NCBI GenBank assembly: GCA_038120095.1
Contig: JAYOKZ010000012.1
Span: 541-64,540, forward strand
DNA from: Gemmatimonadales bacterium
Lineage (GTDB): Bacteria; Gemmatimonadota; Gemmatimonadetes; Longimicrobiales; Gaopeijiaceae
Direction of reading: 5' to 3'
Length of the DNA: 64,000 nt
Below, in pieces: positions 9,455-19,794 of this stretch. Under the pieces are notes generated by a model. That model ran no database searches. It was given only the letters and a program-made list of their open reading frames with translations, and was not told where the DNA came from. The position numbers and the translations under genes are program-made. Numbering within the stretch: the first letter of the stretch is position 1; the number at the start of each line of letters is the position of its first letter.

Positions 9455-10744
9455 CTAGGGGTAGAGCCGGTTCATCAGGCGTGGGAACGGAATCAGCTCA
9501 CGGATGTGGTGCCGACCGGTAATCCACGCCACGGTCCGCTCCACGCCGAGACCGAAGCCGGAATGGGGAAACGTGCCGAAGCGGCGGAGATCCAGGTACC
9601 ACGCGTACGCCTCCTGGGGCAGACCCTCTTCTCGTATGCGCATCTCAAGACGATCGAGATCGTCCTCGCGCTGACTCCCCCCGATGATTTCGCCGTAACC
9701 CTCCGGCGCCAGCAGGTCGTCGCAAAGCACCGTCCGCGGGTCGTCGGGATTCTCCTTCATGTAGAACGCTTTCGCCTCTTTGGGATAGTCGTGCACGAAA
9801 AGCGGGAGGTCATGCTCCTCCATGAGCAACGCTTCATCGCCCGCACCGAGATCGCGTCCCCACTCGATATCCGAGCCGAGTTCTCGCAGCCGCTCGACGG
9901 CCCGTGTGTAACTCATTCGTGGAAACGGTGCCTTGACGTGTTCAAGAAGGGTCGTGTCACGCTCCAGGACCTTCAATTCTTCCTGGCATCGCTCCAGAGC
10001 CCGCTCGACGATGTACGAGACGAACTGCTCCTGGAGCTTCATGTTGGCATCGGAGTCCGCGAAGGCGACCTCGGGCTCCACCATCCAGAACTCCGTCAAA
10101 TGCCGGCGGGTCTTGGACTTTTCAGCTCGAAAGGTCGGACCGAAACAGTAGACGCGCCGGAACGCGGGGCATGCGGCCTCGACGTAGAGCTGCCCGGTCT
10201 GCGCCATATAGGCCGACTCGCCGAAATAGTCCGTTTCGAAGAGGGTGCCCGCGTGCTCTCCGATCGCCCCCGTGAGGATCGGCGTGTCGATGCGGACGAA
10301 GTCGTTGTCGTACATGAAGTCGTGAATCGACTGTTCAACCTCCGCACGCACGCGAAGTCCAGCCCGCTGCATCGAGGAGCGGAGCCAGAGATGCCGATGG
10401 TCCAGGAGGAAGTCTACCCCATGCTCCTTCGGCTGGATCGGGTATTCGGCCGCTCCCGACAGGAGTGCCAGCCCCGCAATGCCGAGTTCGTAGCCGCCCG
10501 GAGCCCGAGCGTCTTCCCGGACCTCCCCGGTCAGTGATACCAGAGACTCCTGAGTCAATGATTGCTGAAGATCCCAGGTCGCCTCGTCCACGTCGGCCTT
10601 CAGCAGAACTCCCTGCAGGACACCCGTTCCGTCCCTGACGACGGTGAAGGCCACCTTTCCATGTCCACGCGTCGCCTCGACCCAGCCACGGACCGTGACC
10701 TGTTCACCGACGTGTTTTCCGAGATGTCTGATTTCCGCCATCAT
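9455..10744 (-). CDS. asnS: Asparagine--tRNA ligase (class IIb)
   Basis: 429 aa. N-terminal OB-fold (VTVRGWV), class II motif 2 FRAEKSKTRRHLTEFWMVEPE (AsnRS-like), and motif 3 GFGLGVERTVAWI. Confidence 0.82.
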   Translation of the reverse strand: MMAEIRHLGKHVGEQVTVRGWVEATRGHGKVAFTVVRDGTGVLQGVLLKADVDEATWDLQQSLTQESLVSLTGEVREDARAPGGYELGIAGLALLSGAAEYPIQPKEHGVDFLLDHRHLWLRSSMQRAGLRVRAEVEQSIHDFMYDNDFVRIDTPILTGAIGEHAGTLFETDYFGESAYMAQTGQLYVEAACPAFRRVYCFGPTFRAEKSKTRRHLTEFWMVEPEVAFADSDANMKLQEQFVSYIVERALERCQEELKVLERDTTLLEHVKAPFPRMSYTRAVERLRELGSDIEWGRDLGAGDEALLMEEHDLPLFVHDYPKEAKAFYMKENPDDPRTVLCDDLLAPEGYGEIIGGSQREDDLDRLEMRIREEGLPQEAYAWYLDLRRFGTFPHSGFGLGVERTVAWITGRHHIRELIPFPRLMNRLYP

Positions 10745-10835
10745 CGCGTTGCTTCATGAGGTGAGGGGCGGCTCCCGGTCGACCCCCGGGTGCGCGGCAG
10801 GACAATGCACAGAATGCAAGGTGAGGGGAAGCGCT

Positions 10836-12947
10836 TCACCCCACTCCGTACATCGCGAGACGATGCTGGTAGTGCGTGTGCAGGTGTTCCCGAATGCGAT
10901 CGTGGTCCGGACGGGCAAGTTCGGGATCCGCGTCAACGAGCTCCCGAGCTTCGCGCTGAGCTTCGACGAGGAGGTCCTCATCGGCAAGAAGGTCGGCAAA
11001 CCGAAGAGCCGGGTCGCGACCGTGCTGCTGACTACCGAAAAGATCACCCTGACCTCGAATCCTGAGATCTGCCCGAGCCACCTCGAAACCATCATTGCTG
11101 TCCCGAAAGGCGCGGAGCCGCTCGAGCGCGTCCTCGCCCGGCTCCGCGATCAGAATGCAGTGACTCTCCGCCACTCCGCGGCCCACACGGCCCCGGAGCT
11201 GATGCAGCTGCGACAGGCCGAATCGCTCGGCGTGCTCAATGACCATCACGCTGGCGTTCGGCACGTCGATCCCTACCTCGATCACGGTGGTCGCGACGAG
11301 GATATCCAGGTCACCGTCCATGAACGCCCGCATGACTCGATCCTTTTCGTCTCCCCGAAGTTGGCCATGAAGAAGACCGACCCGCTCCTCGACGAACACG
11401 TCGCTCGACAACCGCTCAAATTCACGGCTCGCGGAGAGCAGATCCACCTTGTCGGACTCTTCGACCAGCGGGTACACCAGATATGCCTGGCGCCCGGCCG
11501 ACACCTCCGAACGGACGAAGTCATACACGCCAGAACGACGGTCCGGGCTGCGTAACGCTGTTTTCACCGGCGTACGACCGGGAGGCACCTCGTCGAGGAT
11601 GCTGAGATCCAGATCTCCATACAGCGCCATGGCGAGCGAGCGCGGTATCGGCGTCGCCGACATCACGAGCATGTCCGGTGCGGCGGCATCGGACTCGAGG
11701 AGTGACATGCGCTGTTTGACGCCGAACCGATGCTGCTCGTCGATCACCACGAGGCCCAGCGAATCGAAGGTGACCGACTCCTGAATCAACGAGTGGGTGC
11801 CTACGATCATTCGTGCCGCGCCCGATCCGATCTCGTTGAGGGCTGCTCGTCGCTCGGAGGCACCCAGGGAGCCTGTCAGGAGGGTCACGCCAACCCCGAG
11901 CGGCTCCAGCATTCCAGCGATACTCCGAGCGTGCTGCTCCGCCAGAATTTCTGTCGGTGCCATCAGGCACGCCTGCCGCCCACCCTCGGCAGCCAGAAGC
12001 ATCGCGAACACCGCCACCGCCGTTTTTCCGGCGCCCACATCTCCCTGAAGCATCCGATTCATCCGCTGCGGGGACGCCATGTCCGCGTAAATCTCACGGA
12101 GCGCTCGGGCCTGGGCTCCAGTGAGTTCAAAGGGCAAGGACTCGTGAAGGGGTCGAATCAGTTCGTTGGACCGGCGGTGGGCAATGCCGGAGCGCTTGTT
12201 CAGCGTCACTCGACGAGCTCGAGCCTGAACGAGCTGAAGGAAGAAGAGTTCGTCGAAGGCAAGTCTCCGGCGCCCGCTCTCGGCCTCGTACACGGTCCCG
12301 GGTCGGTGGAGCGCGGTCAGGGCGTCCGCCAGCGAGATCAGTCCGTGCTTCGACCTCATGCGAGATGGCATCCACTCATCATCGTCCGCCCACGCAATCA
12401 TATCCGGGAGATTCTTGTCGATGACCCCTCGAAGGACCCACTGCGGTACATCTTCCGAAGCCGGATAGGACACGAAGATCATTCCCGAACCCCGTTCGGC
12501 GCGAGGCACGCTGCTATCGTCCGACGAACGGGAACCTCGCTCGAGGACCGTGTGCTCACGCGGTTGCAGCTGCCTTCCGTGAAAGAACTTCACCTTGCCG
12601 GACACGAGGAGCACATCACCCTCACGAAGGGTCCGGTCCAACCACGGCTGCCCCGGCCAGGCTACGGTGATCATGCCCGAGTCGTCCTCGAGCACCGCCT
12701 GAAAGATTCGCAGGCCCCGTCGTGTGGGGATCACGCCCTTGCTGCGAACCCGTCCGATGGCCGTGACGTCCATCCCGACCTCCAGGCTACCGATGGGCTC
12801 CACCGTCGACGCGTCGTCGTAGCGACGCGGGACGTGGTAGAGAAGGTCCCGTGCCGTCGTGATACCCAGACGCGCGAACCCGTCAGCTCTCTTGGGACCA
12901 ACCCCTTTCAGGAACTGGATCGGTCGATCGAGGTGGGAATAGGTCAC
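10836..12947 (-). CDS. recG: ATP-dependent DNA helicase RecG
   Basis: 703 aa. Wedge/OB N-terminus, Walker A GDVGAGKT, DEQH box (VVIDEQHRFGV) and the TRG-like motif QLHQLRGRVGRG. Confidence 0.92.
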   Translation of the reverse strand: MTYSHLDRPIQFLKGVGPKRADGFARLGITTARDLLYHVPRRYDDASTVEPIGSLEVGMDVTAIGRVRSKGVIPTRRGLRIFQAVLEDDSGMITVAWPGQPWLDRTLREGDVLLVSGKVKFFHGRQLQPREHTVLERGSRSSDDSSVPRAERGSGMIFVSYPASEDVPQWVLRGVIDKNLPDMIAWADDDEWMPSRMRSKHGLISLADALTALHRPGTVYEAESGRRRLAFDELFFLQLVQARARRVTLNKRSGIAHRRSNELIRPLHESLPFELTGAQARALREIYADMASPQRMNRMLQGDVGAGKTAVAVFAMLLAAEGGRQACLMAPTEILAEQHARSIAGMLEPLGVGVTLLTGSLGASERRAALNEIGSGAARMIVGTHSLIQESVTFDSLGLVVIDEQHRFGVKQRMSLLESDAAAPDMLVMSATPIPRSLAMALYGDLDLSILDEVPPGRTPVKTALRSPDRRSGVYDFVRSEVSAGRQAYLVYPLVEESDKVDLLSASREFERLSSDVFVEERVGLLHGQLRGDEKDRVMRAFMDGDLDILVATTVIEVGIDVPNASVMVIEHAERFGLSQLHQLRGRVGRGVAESHCILIAEPGEDALERLRAFRDSNDGFEVARADLRIRGQGDLFGSQQHGRDPALRFADLLADEDLLVEAQREARELVDADPELARPDHDRIREHLHTHYQHRLAMYGVG

Positions 12948-13864
12948 CCGAAAACGGCTTCGACGAAGGCATTCACGTCAAAGGACTCCAGATCATCGAG
13001 ACCTTCTCCCGTTCCGATCAGCTTTACCGGGACACCGAACTCCTGTCTGAGGGCCACGACGATCCCGCCTCGAGCTGTCGAGTCCATCTTCGAGAGGAGG
13101 ATACCGGTCACGTCGACCGCTGCCGAGAATGCCTCGACCTGCCGGAGAGCATTCTGCCCGACGGTCGCGTCGAGAACGAGCAGCGTCTCGTGAGGAGCAC
13201 CGGCACTCCGCCGGCGCACCACGCGATCGATCTTGCTCAACTCCTCCATGAGCCCACGGTTGGTATGCAGGCGACCGGCTGTGTCAATCAGCAGAACGTC
13301 AACGCCCCGAGCCTCCGCGGCGTCTAGGGCATCGAACGCCACGGCCGCCGGGTCGCCACCCTGCTGGCCCCGGATGAAATGCGCACCAATACGATCTGCC
13401 CACATCTCGAGCTGAGCGACGGCCCCGGCCCGATACGTATCGGCTGCCGCGACCATGACACTTTGACCTTCCTGCATCAGATGGTGGGCAAGCTTCGCGA
13501 CCGACGTCGTCTTCCCGACACCATTCACCCCGACGATCAGGTAGACCGTGGGACCGAGATCGGCAGCCTCGAGCTCGGCTTGCCCGCCGGAGTCGAGGAT
13601 GCCTGCGACTTCCGCCCGCAGCGCGCTGACGAGCAGATCGGGATTGCGGGCCTTGCCTCTCCGCAGAACCTCCTCCGCCCGATCGGTGAGGCGCAGTGTG
13701 GCGGCCACGCCAAAGTCAGCGGCGAGGAGTCGCTCCTCGAGATCTTCGAGCGACGCGACATCGATCCCTCCGGCCATCACGCGAACATCGGTCAGCGCCA
13801 GGTCGACCAGACGTTTCCAGAGGCCCTTCGATGCCTCCGGCTTCTTCCTCAGGAGCCTCGCCAT
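12944..13864 (-). CDS. ftsY: Signal recognition particle receptor FtsY
   Basis: SRP GTPase motifs GVNGVGKTT, DTAGR and LSKMD. Start set to ATG at 13862-13864 (MARLLRKKPE...), 13 nt after the upstream stop. The track start at 13915 would overlap the upstream gene. Confidence 0.9.
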   Translation of the reverse strand: MARLLRKKPEASKGLWKRLVDLALTDVRVMAGGIDVASLEDLEERLLAADFGVAATLRLTDRAEEVLRRGKARNPDLLVSALRAEVAGILDSGGQAELEAADLGPTVYLIVGVNGVGKTTSVAKLAHHLMQEGQSVMVAAADTYRAGAVAQLEMWADRIGAHFIRGQQGGDPAAVAFDALDAAEARGVDVLLIDTAGRLHTNRGLMEELSKIDRVVRRRSAGAPHETLLVLDATVGQNALRQVEAFSAAVDVTGILLSKMDSTARGGIVVALRQEFGVPVKLIGTGEGLDDLESFDVNAFVEAVFG

Positions 13865-13877
13865 CCGCCGGGACCCC

Positions 13878-15821
13878 TCAGCGCAGCCCGCTGCGGCGGC
13901 GAACGATCCACTCACCGCACAGCAGCAGGATCAGCAGGGCATACGGCCACGGAGAGGTTCGCAGCGGCCGCCCACCCCCGTCCGACCACCCGAGCGCCGC
14001 TCCCCGCAGCGGCAACTCGGGCTCTTCCGGCGCCGGCAACAGTTCGAGTGAATTCCCGGCAACATCGAAACGTCCTGACGAAAGTGTATCTCCACCTTCG
14101 GTCAGCGTGGTGTAGTCGTATGTGCCCGGGGGCAGCGGGTTTATCGACGCGATCGGAGTGCCGGCCAAGGTCGTATCCACCGCGACTCCATCCCCGCTCT
14201 CGACCCGCACCCGCAGCGACGCGGAATCCCCCAGGGTCTGCCACGAGAGGCGTTCACCTCGAGCAAAGACCGACTTCGTCGGCCGAGGTTCCGTGGTGGC
14301 GGCCACCTCGTCAGCCAGCAGCCATCCGGAGATGCCCGACCAGATCCTCCGATAAGGCTCACGCCCCTGATCCCGCATCGCCCAACGCCAGAACTCCGAG
14401 GCCAGTGCGACGGCCACACGCCCCTCCTGACGATCCAGCAGGCTGAAGGCACTCTCCGGGGAGCCCGCACCCCGCAGCTGAATCAGCAGCGGAGCGAGCG
14501 AGGACCGGGCTTCGGGGACCAGAACTCCCCCCAGAGGAGGCAGGCCCTGAAGTTCGACCCCTGCCAGAACCCCGGCGATGGGAGAGGTCGGGACGTCCGG
14601 CGACACATACCATTCGCCGGGTGCAGGCTCCTCCACACTCAGCCCCACAAGGGCAGCCCCGTCAGAGTCGACAGGAAGGATGAGTCGACGACCCGGGCGC
14701 GAAGCGATGGTCCGAATCCACTCATCCGTGTCACGCCCGAGGCCGTGCAGCACGAGCAGCGCGGCGTCCGCCGCCGCTCGGCGAACCGTAGCCGAGTCTA
14801 CCGGTGTCCCTCGATCGGCCGCCGGCCCCAGCGTGACATAGCGGTCCGGACCGACCCGGAGATAGCCCGCGGCAGGAAGGCCGGTGACATCCCCGAGAAC
14901 GGGAAGCAGGTATCGCGGCTCCCAATCGGGCAAAGCGGAGATCAGGACCAGGGCTCCCGACCGGTAGCCGATGTTCGCGTAGGTAACCCCCTCGTCATCG
15001 CCCGGAAAGCCATCGAAGTCCCGGCCAACGACTCGCGCCGTGAAACGCGCTCGTCCTCTCGCCTCGACGGTCGGGAGTTCGACGCGCACGGTCGAGCGAA
15101 GACCGACCGCCGGCGCGGTCGTCTCGGCCCGGGCCACGACGCGCCCCTCCTCCAGAATCTCGATCGCGACCGACTCGGATGGCGTACCGCCGAAGATCTC
15201 CACCTCTGCAACCGGCCGCTCGTCGGGTCGCGGCACGTCGGAGACGTCGATTCCCGCAATGCCTGCGTTCGAGGTGGCTCGTGACAGATCCTCAAATTCG
15301 ACGGACAGGGGAAGATCCTCCAGGGCTGAACGGATCGCCACTCGATCGTTGAAGCGAAGATCTGACAGGACTCGTGCCTCGCGTGCTCCCGACTCCGCAA
15401 CCGCGCGAAGCACAGGCGCGAGTTCACTGAGGGACCCGTCGAACACGACCTCACCGTCCGGGATCGTGGGCGTCACGTTACCGTCCCCGAATCGAACGAC
15501 CGTCCATCCCTCTGCGGCGAGTTCCGCGGCCCGCTCGACCGCCGAGTCCGACGGAGAGCGACCATCATCCCCGATCGCGGTCATGCTCGCGGACACGTCC
15601 AGCAGGACCCACCGCCCGCCACCCTTCGAGGCCTCGCCGACGGGGATTCGCGGATCAAACAGAAGCATGAGCAGGAGAACGAGGGTGACGGACCGAGCCA
15701 CCGCGAGCCAGCGCCCGGCCGGCACGCTGAGTTCAACGCGCAGGTAGATCCAGAATGCATAGGCGGTCAGCACCCCACCGAGCGTCAGGAGGAGCAGAAC
15801 GCGGATCAGAGGAGACCCCAC
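13878..15821 (-). CDS. Large membrane protein with a BatA-like N-terminal double-TM region and a C-terminal anchor
   Basis: 647 aa. Two N-terminal TM helices are followed by WVLLDVSASM (VWA/MIDAS-like start). The C-terminal TM ends LLCGEWIVRRRSGLR, as in the BatA/TIGR02226-type family as I recall it. Function unknown. Confidence 0.5.
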   Translation of the reverse strand: MGSPLIRVLLLLTLGGVLTAYAFWIYLRVELSVPAGRWLAVARSVTLVLLLMLLFDPRIPVGEASKGGGRWVLLDVSASMTAIGDDGRSPSDSAVERAAELAAEGWTVVRFGDGNVTPTIPDGEVVFDGSLSELAPVLRAVAESGAREARVLSDLRFNDRVAIRSALEDLPLSVEFEDLSRATSNAGIAGIDVSDVPRPDERPVAEVEIFGGTPSESVAIEILEEGRVVARAETTAPAVGLRSTVRVELPTVEARGRARFTARVVGRDFDGFPGDDEGVTYANIGYRSGALVLISALPDWEPRYLLPVLGDVTGLPAAGYLRVGPDRYVTLGPAADRGTPVDSATVRRAAADAALLVLHGLGRDTDEWIRTIASRPGRRLILPVDSDGAALVGLSVEEPAPGEWYVSPDVPTSPIAGVLAGVELQGLPPLGGVLVPEARSSLAPLLIQLRGAGSPESAFSLLDRQEGRVAVALASEFWRWAMRDQGREPYRRIWSGISGWLLADEVAATTEPRPTKSVFARGERLSWQTLGDSASLRVRVESGDGVAVDTTLAGTPIASINPLPPGTYDYTTLTEGGDTLSSGRFDVAGNSLELLPAPEEPELPLRGAALGWSDGGGRPLRTSPWPYALLILLLCGEWIVRRRSGLR

Positions 15822-15829
15822 GGTTGTGC

Positions 15830-17143
15830 CTACGCTCCTCCGCCCTGCTCCGCCCCGTCCGGCGACCGGTCCTGGCCGTCCTGAGTCGAGAACGTGCGGA
15901 CCGGGCCCAGCCGGGGGATCGTCTCGAGCAGGTCGTAACGTCCCGTCATTTCAGCCCGCCAGCGCACCATGTCGTCGGCGGGCACCGGATCCCCAGCAGG
16001 CAGATCCACGGAAAGCGGATCGAACTGACGGCCGTTCTGAAGCATCTCGTAATGCAGGTGCGGCCCGGTCGCCAGACCGCTCATTCCGACGAACCCGATG
16101 ACATCACTCTGGCGGACCCGCGTGCCGAGACGCACCTCACTCCTGAAACGAGACAGATGGGCATAGCGGGTGACCCATCCGTTCGGGTGACGGATTTCGA
16201 CCGTGTTGCCGAAGCTCCCCTTCGGGCCGCGATGGATCACGACCCCGTCAGACGTCGCCATGATGGGCGTGCCGGTGTCAGCGGCGTAGTCGATCCCGCG
16301 ATGGGCACGGATAGTATTGAGGACGGGGTGCCTCCGGCCGCTGGAGAAGCGCCCGGAGATCCGTCGGTACGAGAGCGGCTTCAGAAGAAAGGCGCGTCGA
16401 ACCGATTCTCCCTCCAGGTCGAAGTACGAACCTCGTCCATCGCCGTTCGGATCGAAATAGATCGCGTGGTACGGTGTGCCACTGTTCACGAATTCGGCCG
16501 CCAGAAGTTTCCCGGCCCGCATCGAACCATCCGGGCGCACCTCTCGCTCGAACGCGAAGCGGTAGCGGTCCCCGGGACGTATCTGCCGTGAAAAGTCCAT
16601 CTGCCACTGAAACACGTTGTCCAGGTGGTCGATCAGGAGGTTGCGGTCTTCGAAGGTCAGGGTGGCGAGTTCATCGTTTTCGACCACCGATCCCCAGAAC
16701 GTCTGGCTGATTTCCCCTGTGGCGTAGATCGTGTCCACAAAGATGGGGGTCTGAATCAGGTGTGACGCCCAACCCACCATGGTCCGGTCCAGCCGGACCG
16801 TCTGATCCCTGTTTACCGCGACGTCGACTCCTCTGAGCTCATCCGAGGCCGGGAGGTAACGAAGCGTGATTTCGGCCCGCTCCCTGAGGCGTCGCGGGTC
16901 GGCGTGCTCCTGAAAGGCAAGGAGAAGCGCCGCCTGCTCGTTCGCATCGATGGCACCGTAGAGAAGTGCCCCGAACGTTTCACCCCGGCCCAGGGTGTGG
17001 ATCTCCACACGCTCGGCGGGCGGAACCCAGACGGTGGCGAGAGAGCCAACTTCCGGTGCCTGACGAGTACACGCGGAGGCCGCGAGCAGCGCCAAGGCGA
17101 TACTCACCGCTCCGGTCATAGTCTTGATGTCCCGCATCACCAT
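15830..17143 (-). CDS. M23 family (LytM-type) metallopeptidase
   Basis: 437 aa with a signal peptide. Catalytic HxxxD (HRGIDYAAD) and HxH (HLHYEM) motifs are intact. Confidence 0.85.
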   Translation of the reverse strand: MVMRDIKTMTGAVSIALALLAASACTRQAPEVGSLATVWVPPAERVEIHTLGRGETFGALLYGAIDANEQAALLLAFQEHADPRRLRERAEITLRYLPASDELRGVDVAVNRDQTVRLDRTMVGWASHLIQTPIFVDTIYATGEISQTFWGSVVENDELATLTFEDRNLLIDHLDNVFQWQMDFSRQIRPGDRYRFAFEREVRPDGSMRAGKLLAAEFVNSGTPYHAIYFDPNGDGRGSYFDLEGESVRRAFLLKPLSYRRISGRFSSGRRHPVLNTIRAHRGIDYAADTGTPIMATSDGVVIHRGPKGSFGNTVEIRHPNGWVTRYAHLSRFRSEVRLGTRVRQSDVIGFVGMSGLATGPHLHYEMLQNGRQFDPLSVDLPAGDPVPADDMVRWRAEMTGRYDLLETIPRLGPVRTFSTQDGQDRSPDGAEQGGGA

Positions 17144-17267
17144 CGCCTCCTGAGATCGACCCTGCCATCCCGAAACCGTCCCGAGGGGGCCGGACGGTCG
17201 ACTGCCCGGCGGACGTCTCCGCCGGACAGTCCATCGCCAAACGACGAACCGGAGCTAGGGATCCGGC

Positions 17268-18527
17268 TCAGTCCATCTGGCGACGAATGAACGTCGGAAT
17301 GTCCAACCCTTCGATCTGTTCCCGAGACACAATCCGCTCCGGGAACCGCGAAAGGGGGAGCACAGGTTCGGATGCCCCGCCCCCAACCGCAACCCGTTGC
17401 TCCGGAAGTTCGACCGGCACACTCGGCGCCGGTGCCTCGAACGCCGGCTGAACGACCTCGGTAACCGGCTCGACGGGGCGCGTCGCCTCCGTGTGAACCG
17501 GATGCCGGTTCGGGGCCGGCGGGACGGCGCGGCGGAAGTTCCCTGATATGACTTTGTCGTCGTTCTCCGAGTCAAAACCTGTCGCGATCACCGTGACGCG
17601 AATCTGGTTTTCAAGCTCCGGATTGTGGACAGCACCGAAGATGATTTCCGCTTCCTCTCCTGCCTCTTCCTGGATGATCGACGAGATCGTCGTGACCTCG
17701 TCGATGGCCAGGTCCATGCCCCCGGTGATGTTGATCAGAACACCCTTCGCACCCGCGATGGACACGTCATCGAGCAGCGGCGACGAGATCGCCTCCTGAG
17801 CGGCTTCCTGAGCCCGGTTGTCCCCTTCCCCGAAACCCGAACCCATGAGCGCCGGGCCCCGTGCGGACATGACCGTACGAACGTCCGCAAAGTCGACGTT
17901 GATCTCACCGGTGACCCTGATGAGGTCGGAGATGCCCTGGGTCGCATTCAGGAGGATCTCGTCGGCCTTCTTGAGCGCATCCTTGAATGAGGTGCCCTTC
18001 GGGACGACGGACAGAAGCCGGTCGTTGGGCACGAGGATCATCGTGTCCACGGCGCGCCGAAGCTCGGCCAGTCCCTGAGCAGCCTGCCGCTCGCGCTTCT
18101 TGCCCTCGAACGCGAACGGCTTCGTGACGACCCCGATCGTGAGCGCACCCATGTCCCGAGCGATATCCGCCACCATGGGGGCAGCACCTGTACCGGTGCC
18201 TCCACCCATTCCCGCCGTCACGAACACGAGATCAGCCCCTTCGAGGGCCCGTCGCACCTCTTCCTCGCTCTCCGCGAGCGCCTGACGGCCTACCTCCGGG
18301 CGTGCTCCTGCCCCCAGGCCCCGAGTCAGCTTCTTGCCGATCTGAAGCGTGACCTGAGCTTTCGAGTGCTTGAGCGCCTGGCCATCCGTGTTCACCGAGA
18401 TGAACTCCACCCCCTCGAGTTCTTCGTCGATCATGCGATTGACGGCGTTCCCGCCGGCTCCCCCCACGCCCACAACCTTCATGCGCGCGTTCGCGATCGG
18501 GGTCTCTTCGAATTCGAAGATCATCAT
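17268..18527 (-). CDS. ftsZ: Cell division protein FtsZ
   Basis: Tubulin signature [11 protein letters not shown]-terminal [12 protein letters not shown], and a C-terminal conserved peptide DIPTFIRRQ. Start set to ATG at 18525-18527, preceded by the strong SD GGGAGGAG. The track start is 18557. Confidence 0.97.
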   Translation of the reverse strand: MMIFEFEETPIANARMKVVGVGGAGGNAVNRMIDEELEGVEFISVNTDGQALKHSKAQVTLQIGKKLTRGLGAGARPEVGRQALAESEEEVRRALEGADLVFVTAGMGGGTGTGAAPMVADIARDMGALTIGVVTKPFAFEGKKRERQAAQGLAELRRAVDTMILVPNDRLLSVVPKGTSFKDALKKADEILLNATQGISDLIRVTGEINVDFADVRTVMSARGPALMGSGFGEGDNRAQEAAQEAISSPLLDDVSIAGAKGVLINITGGMDLAIDEVTTISSIIQEEAGEEAEIIFGAVHNPELENQIRVTVIATGFDSENDDKVISGNFRRAVPPAPNRHPVHTEATRPVEPVTEVVQPAFEAPAPSVPVELPEQRVAVGGGASEPVLPLSRFPERIVSREQIEGLDIPTFIRRQMD

Positions 18528-18563
18528 GTTCTCCTCCCTAGCGGAGATCGGGTACAACTGCGA

Positions 18564-19793
18564 CTAGAAGAATTCCTTCAACCACACACCGAGTTTGGTG
18601 ACGATCCCGGACGCCCGGGTCGATGCACCTCGACCGGTTTCTGCAAAGCGGTCCGCACCCCAGAGTGCGAGACCTGCCCCAACCGTAAATCGCGGTCTTG
18701 CAACAACATCTGCAATTCCACCCAGACCTTCCGAGGGTACCCCGAGCCGGACTGGCGCCGCAAAGATCTGCTGTGCGAGCTCGACGATACCCGGGATCGC
18801 CGTCGTCCCACCGCTCAGGACGATGCCAGCCCCCAGCTTCTCGAGCGCCCCGCGATCCTCAAGCTCACCCTGGATGATTCCGAACATCTCATCGAGGCGC
18901 TGCTCGACGATGTGCGCGATCAGCTCGCAGGCGACCGACCGCATCTGGTTCGGTGACGGACCGGGCAGATCGACGGTCTCTCTCGGGTCCACCATCTGCG
19001 CGAATGCATGAGCGTGATGCTCCTTCGCACGCTGTGCCTCCTTGTACGGCACCGCGAGACCTCGCATGAGATCCTGCGTCAAGGTCGCCCCGCCGAACGG
19101 GAGAATGGCGACATGGTGAATCTTGCCCTCGTAGTAGGCGGCGACGTTGGTCGTTTGTGCCCCCATCTCGACCATGGCCACGCCCACTTCCTTCTCGTCC
19201 TCCGTGAGGACCGCACGAGCGCCCGCCAGCGGCTCGAGAACGAGTTCCTGGACCCGATACCCCGCGCGATTCACCGCCTTGGTGATGTTCGCGGATGCCG
19301 TCACCTGACAGGTGACCAGAAAGACTTCACTCTCGAGACGGACGCCCGACATCCCGAGGGGATCCTTGATGCCGCCCTGGTAATCCACCCTGTACTCCTG
19401 GGGGATGGCGTGAACCATTTCCCTGTCCGGAGGCAGGGCCACAGCGCGTGCCACGATGTGTACACGCTCCACGTCATCCGGCGTCACCTCGTGCTCGGAG
19501 ATTGCGACGACTCCCATGGAGTTTGTCGCCCGCACATGATCCCCGCCGATTCCAGCGTACACCCGATCGACCGAGACCCCTGCCATCAATTCCGCCTCGT
19601 TCATCGCGTTCCGAACGGACTGGGTCATCTCGTCGATGTTCGTGACGAGGTCACCACGGAGACCCGCCGTCGGGGCCTGCCCCACGCCGAGAACGGTCAG
19701 CCCCGGTCGGCGCGGATCCCCGATCACCTCTCCGATGACGGCGCAGGTGTGTGTGCTTCCGATGTCGAGTCCGGCGATCAGATTCGAACGCAT
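18564..19793 (-). CDS. ftsA: Cell division protein FtsA
   Basis: Actin-like ATPase with N-terminal LIAGLDIGSTHTC. Start set to ATG at 19791-19793 (MRSNLIAGLD), giving 409 aa. The upstream 190 aa of the track ORF overlap ftsQ in another frame. Confidence 0.93.
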   Translation of the reverse strand: MRSNLIAGLDIGSTHTCAVIGEVIGDPRRPGLTVLGVGQAPTAGLRGDLVTNIDEMTQSVRNAMNEAELMAGVSVDRVYAGIGGDHVRATNSMGVVAISEHEVTPDDVERVHIVARAVALPPDREMVHAIPQEYRVDYQGGIKDPLGMSGVRLESEVFLVTCQVTASANITKAVNRAGYRVQELVLEPLAGARAVLTEDEKEVGVAMVEMGAQTTNVAAYYEGKIHHVAILPFGGATLTQDLMRGLAVPYKEAQRAKEHHAHAFAQMVDPRETVDLPGPSPNQMRSVACELIAHIVEQRLDEMFGIIQGELEDRGALEKLGAGIVLSGGTTAIPGIVELAQQIFAAPVRLGVPSEGLGGIADVVARPRFTVGAGLALWGADRFAETGRGASTRASGIVTKLGVWLKEFF

Positions 19794-19794
19794 G

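Noticed and set aside
11730-13193. Long antisense ORFs opposite real genes. Examples: 11730-13193 (+), 58703-60199 (-), 23120-24322 (+), 13379-14446 (+), 27981-29027 (+), 978-1802 (+), 19008-19853 (+).
   Set aside because: They have no recognisable motifs and an Arg/Pro/Gly/His-rich composition. Each lies entirely opposite a gene with strong family signatures. This is typical stop-codon-poor antisense frame behaviour in GC-rich DNA.
17207-17224. Hairpin CGGCGGA-CGTC-TCCGCCG between ftsZ and the M23 peptidase gene as an intrinsic terminator
   Set aside because: The 7-bp stem is perfect, but no U-tract follows on the minus strand. It could be an RNA processing or stability element, but the evidence is insufficient.
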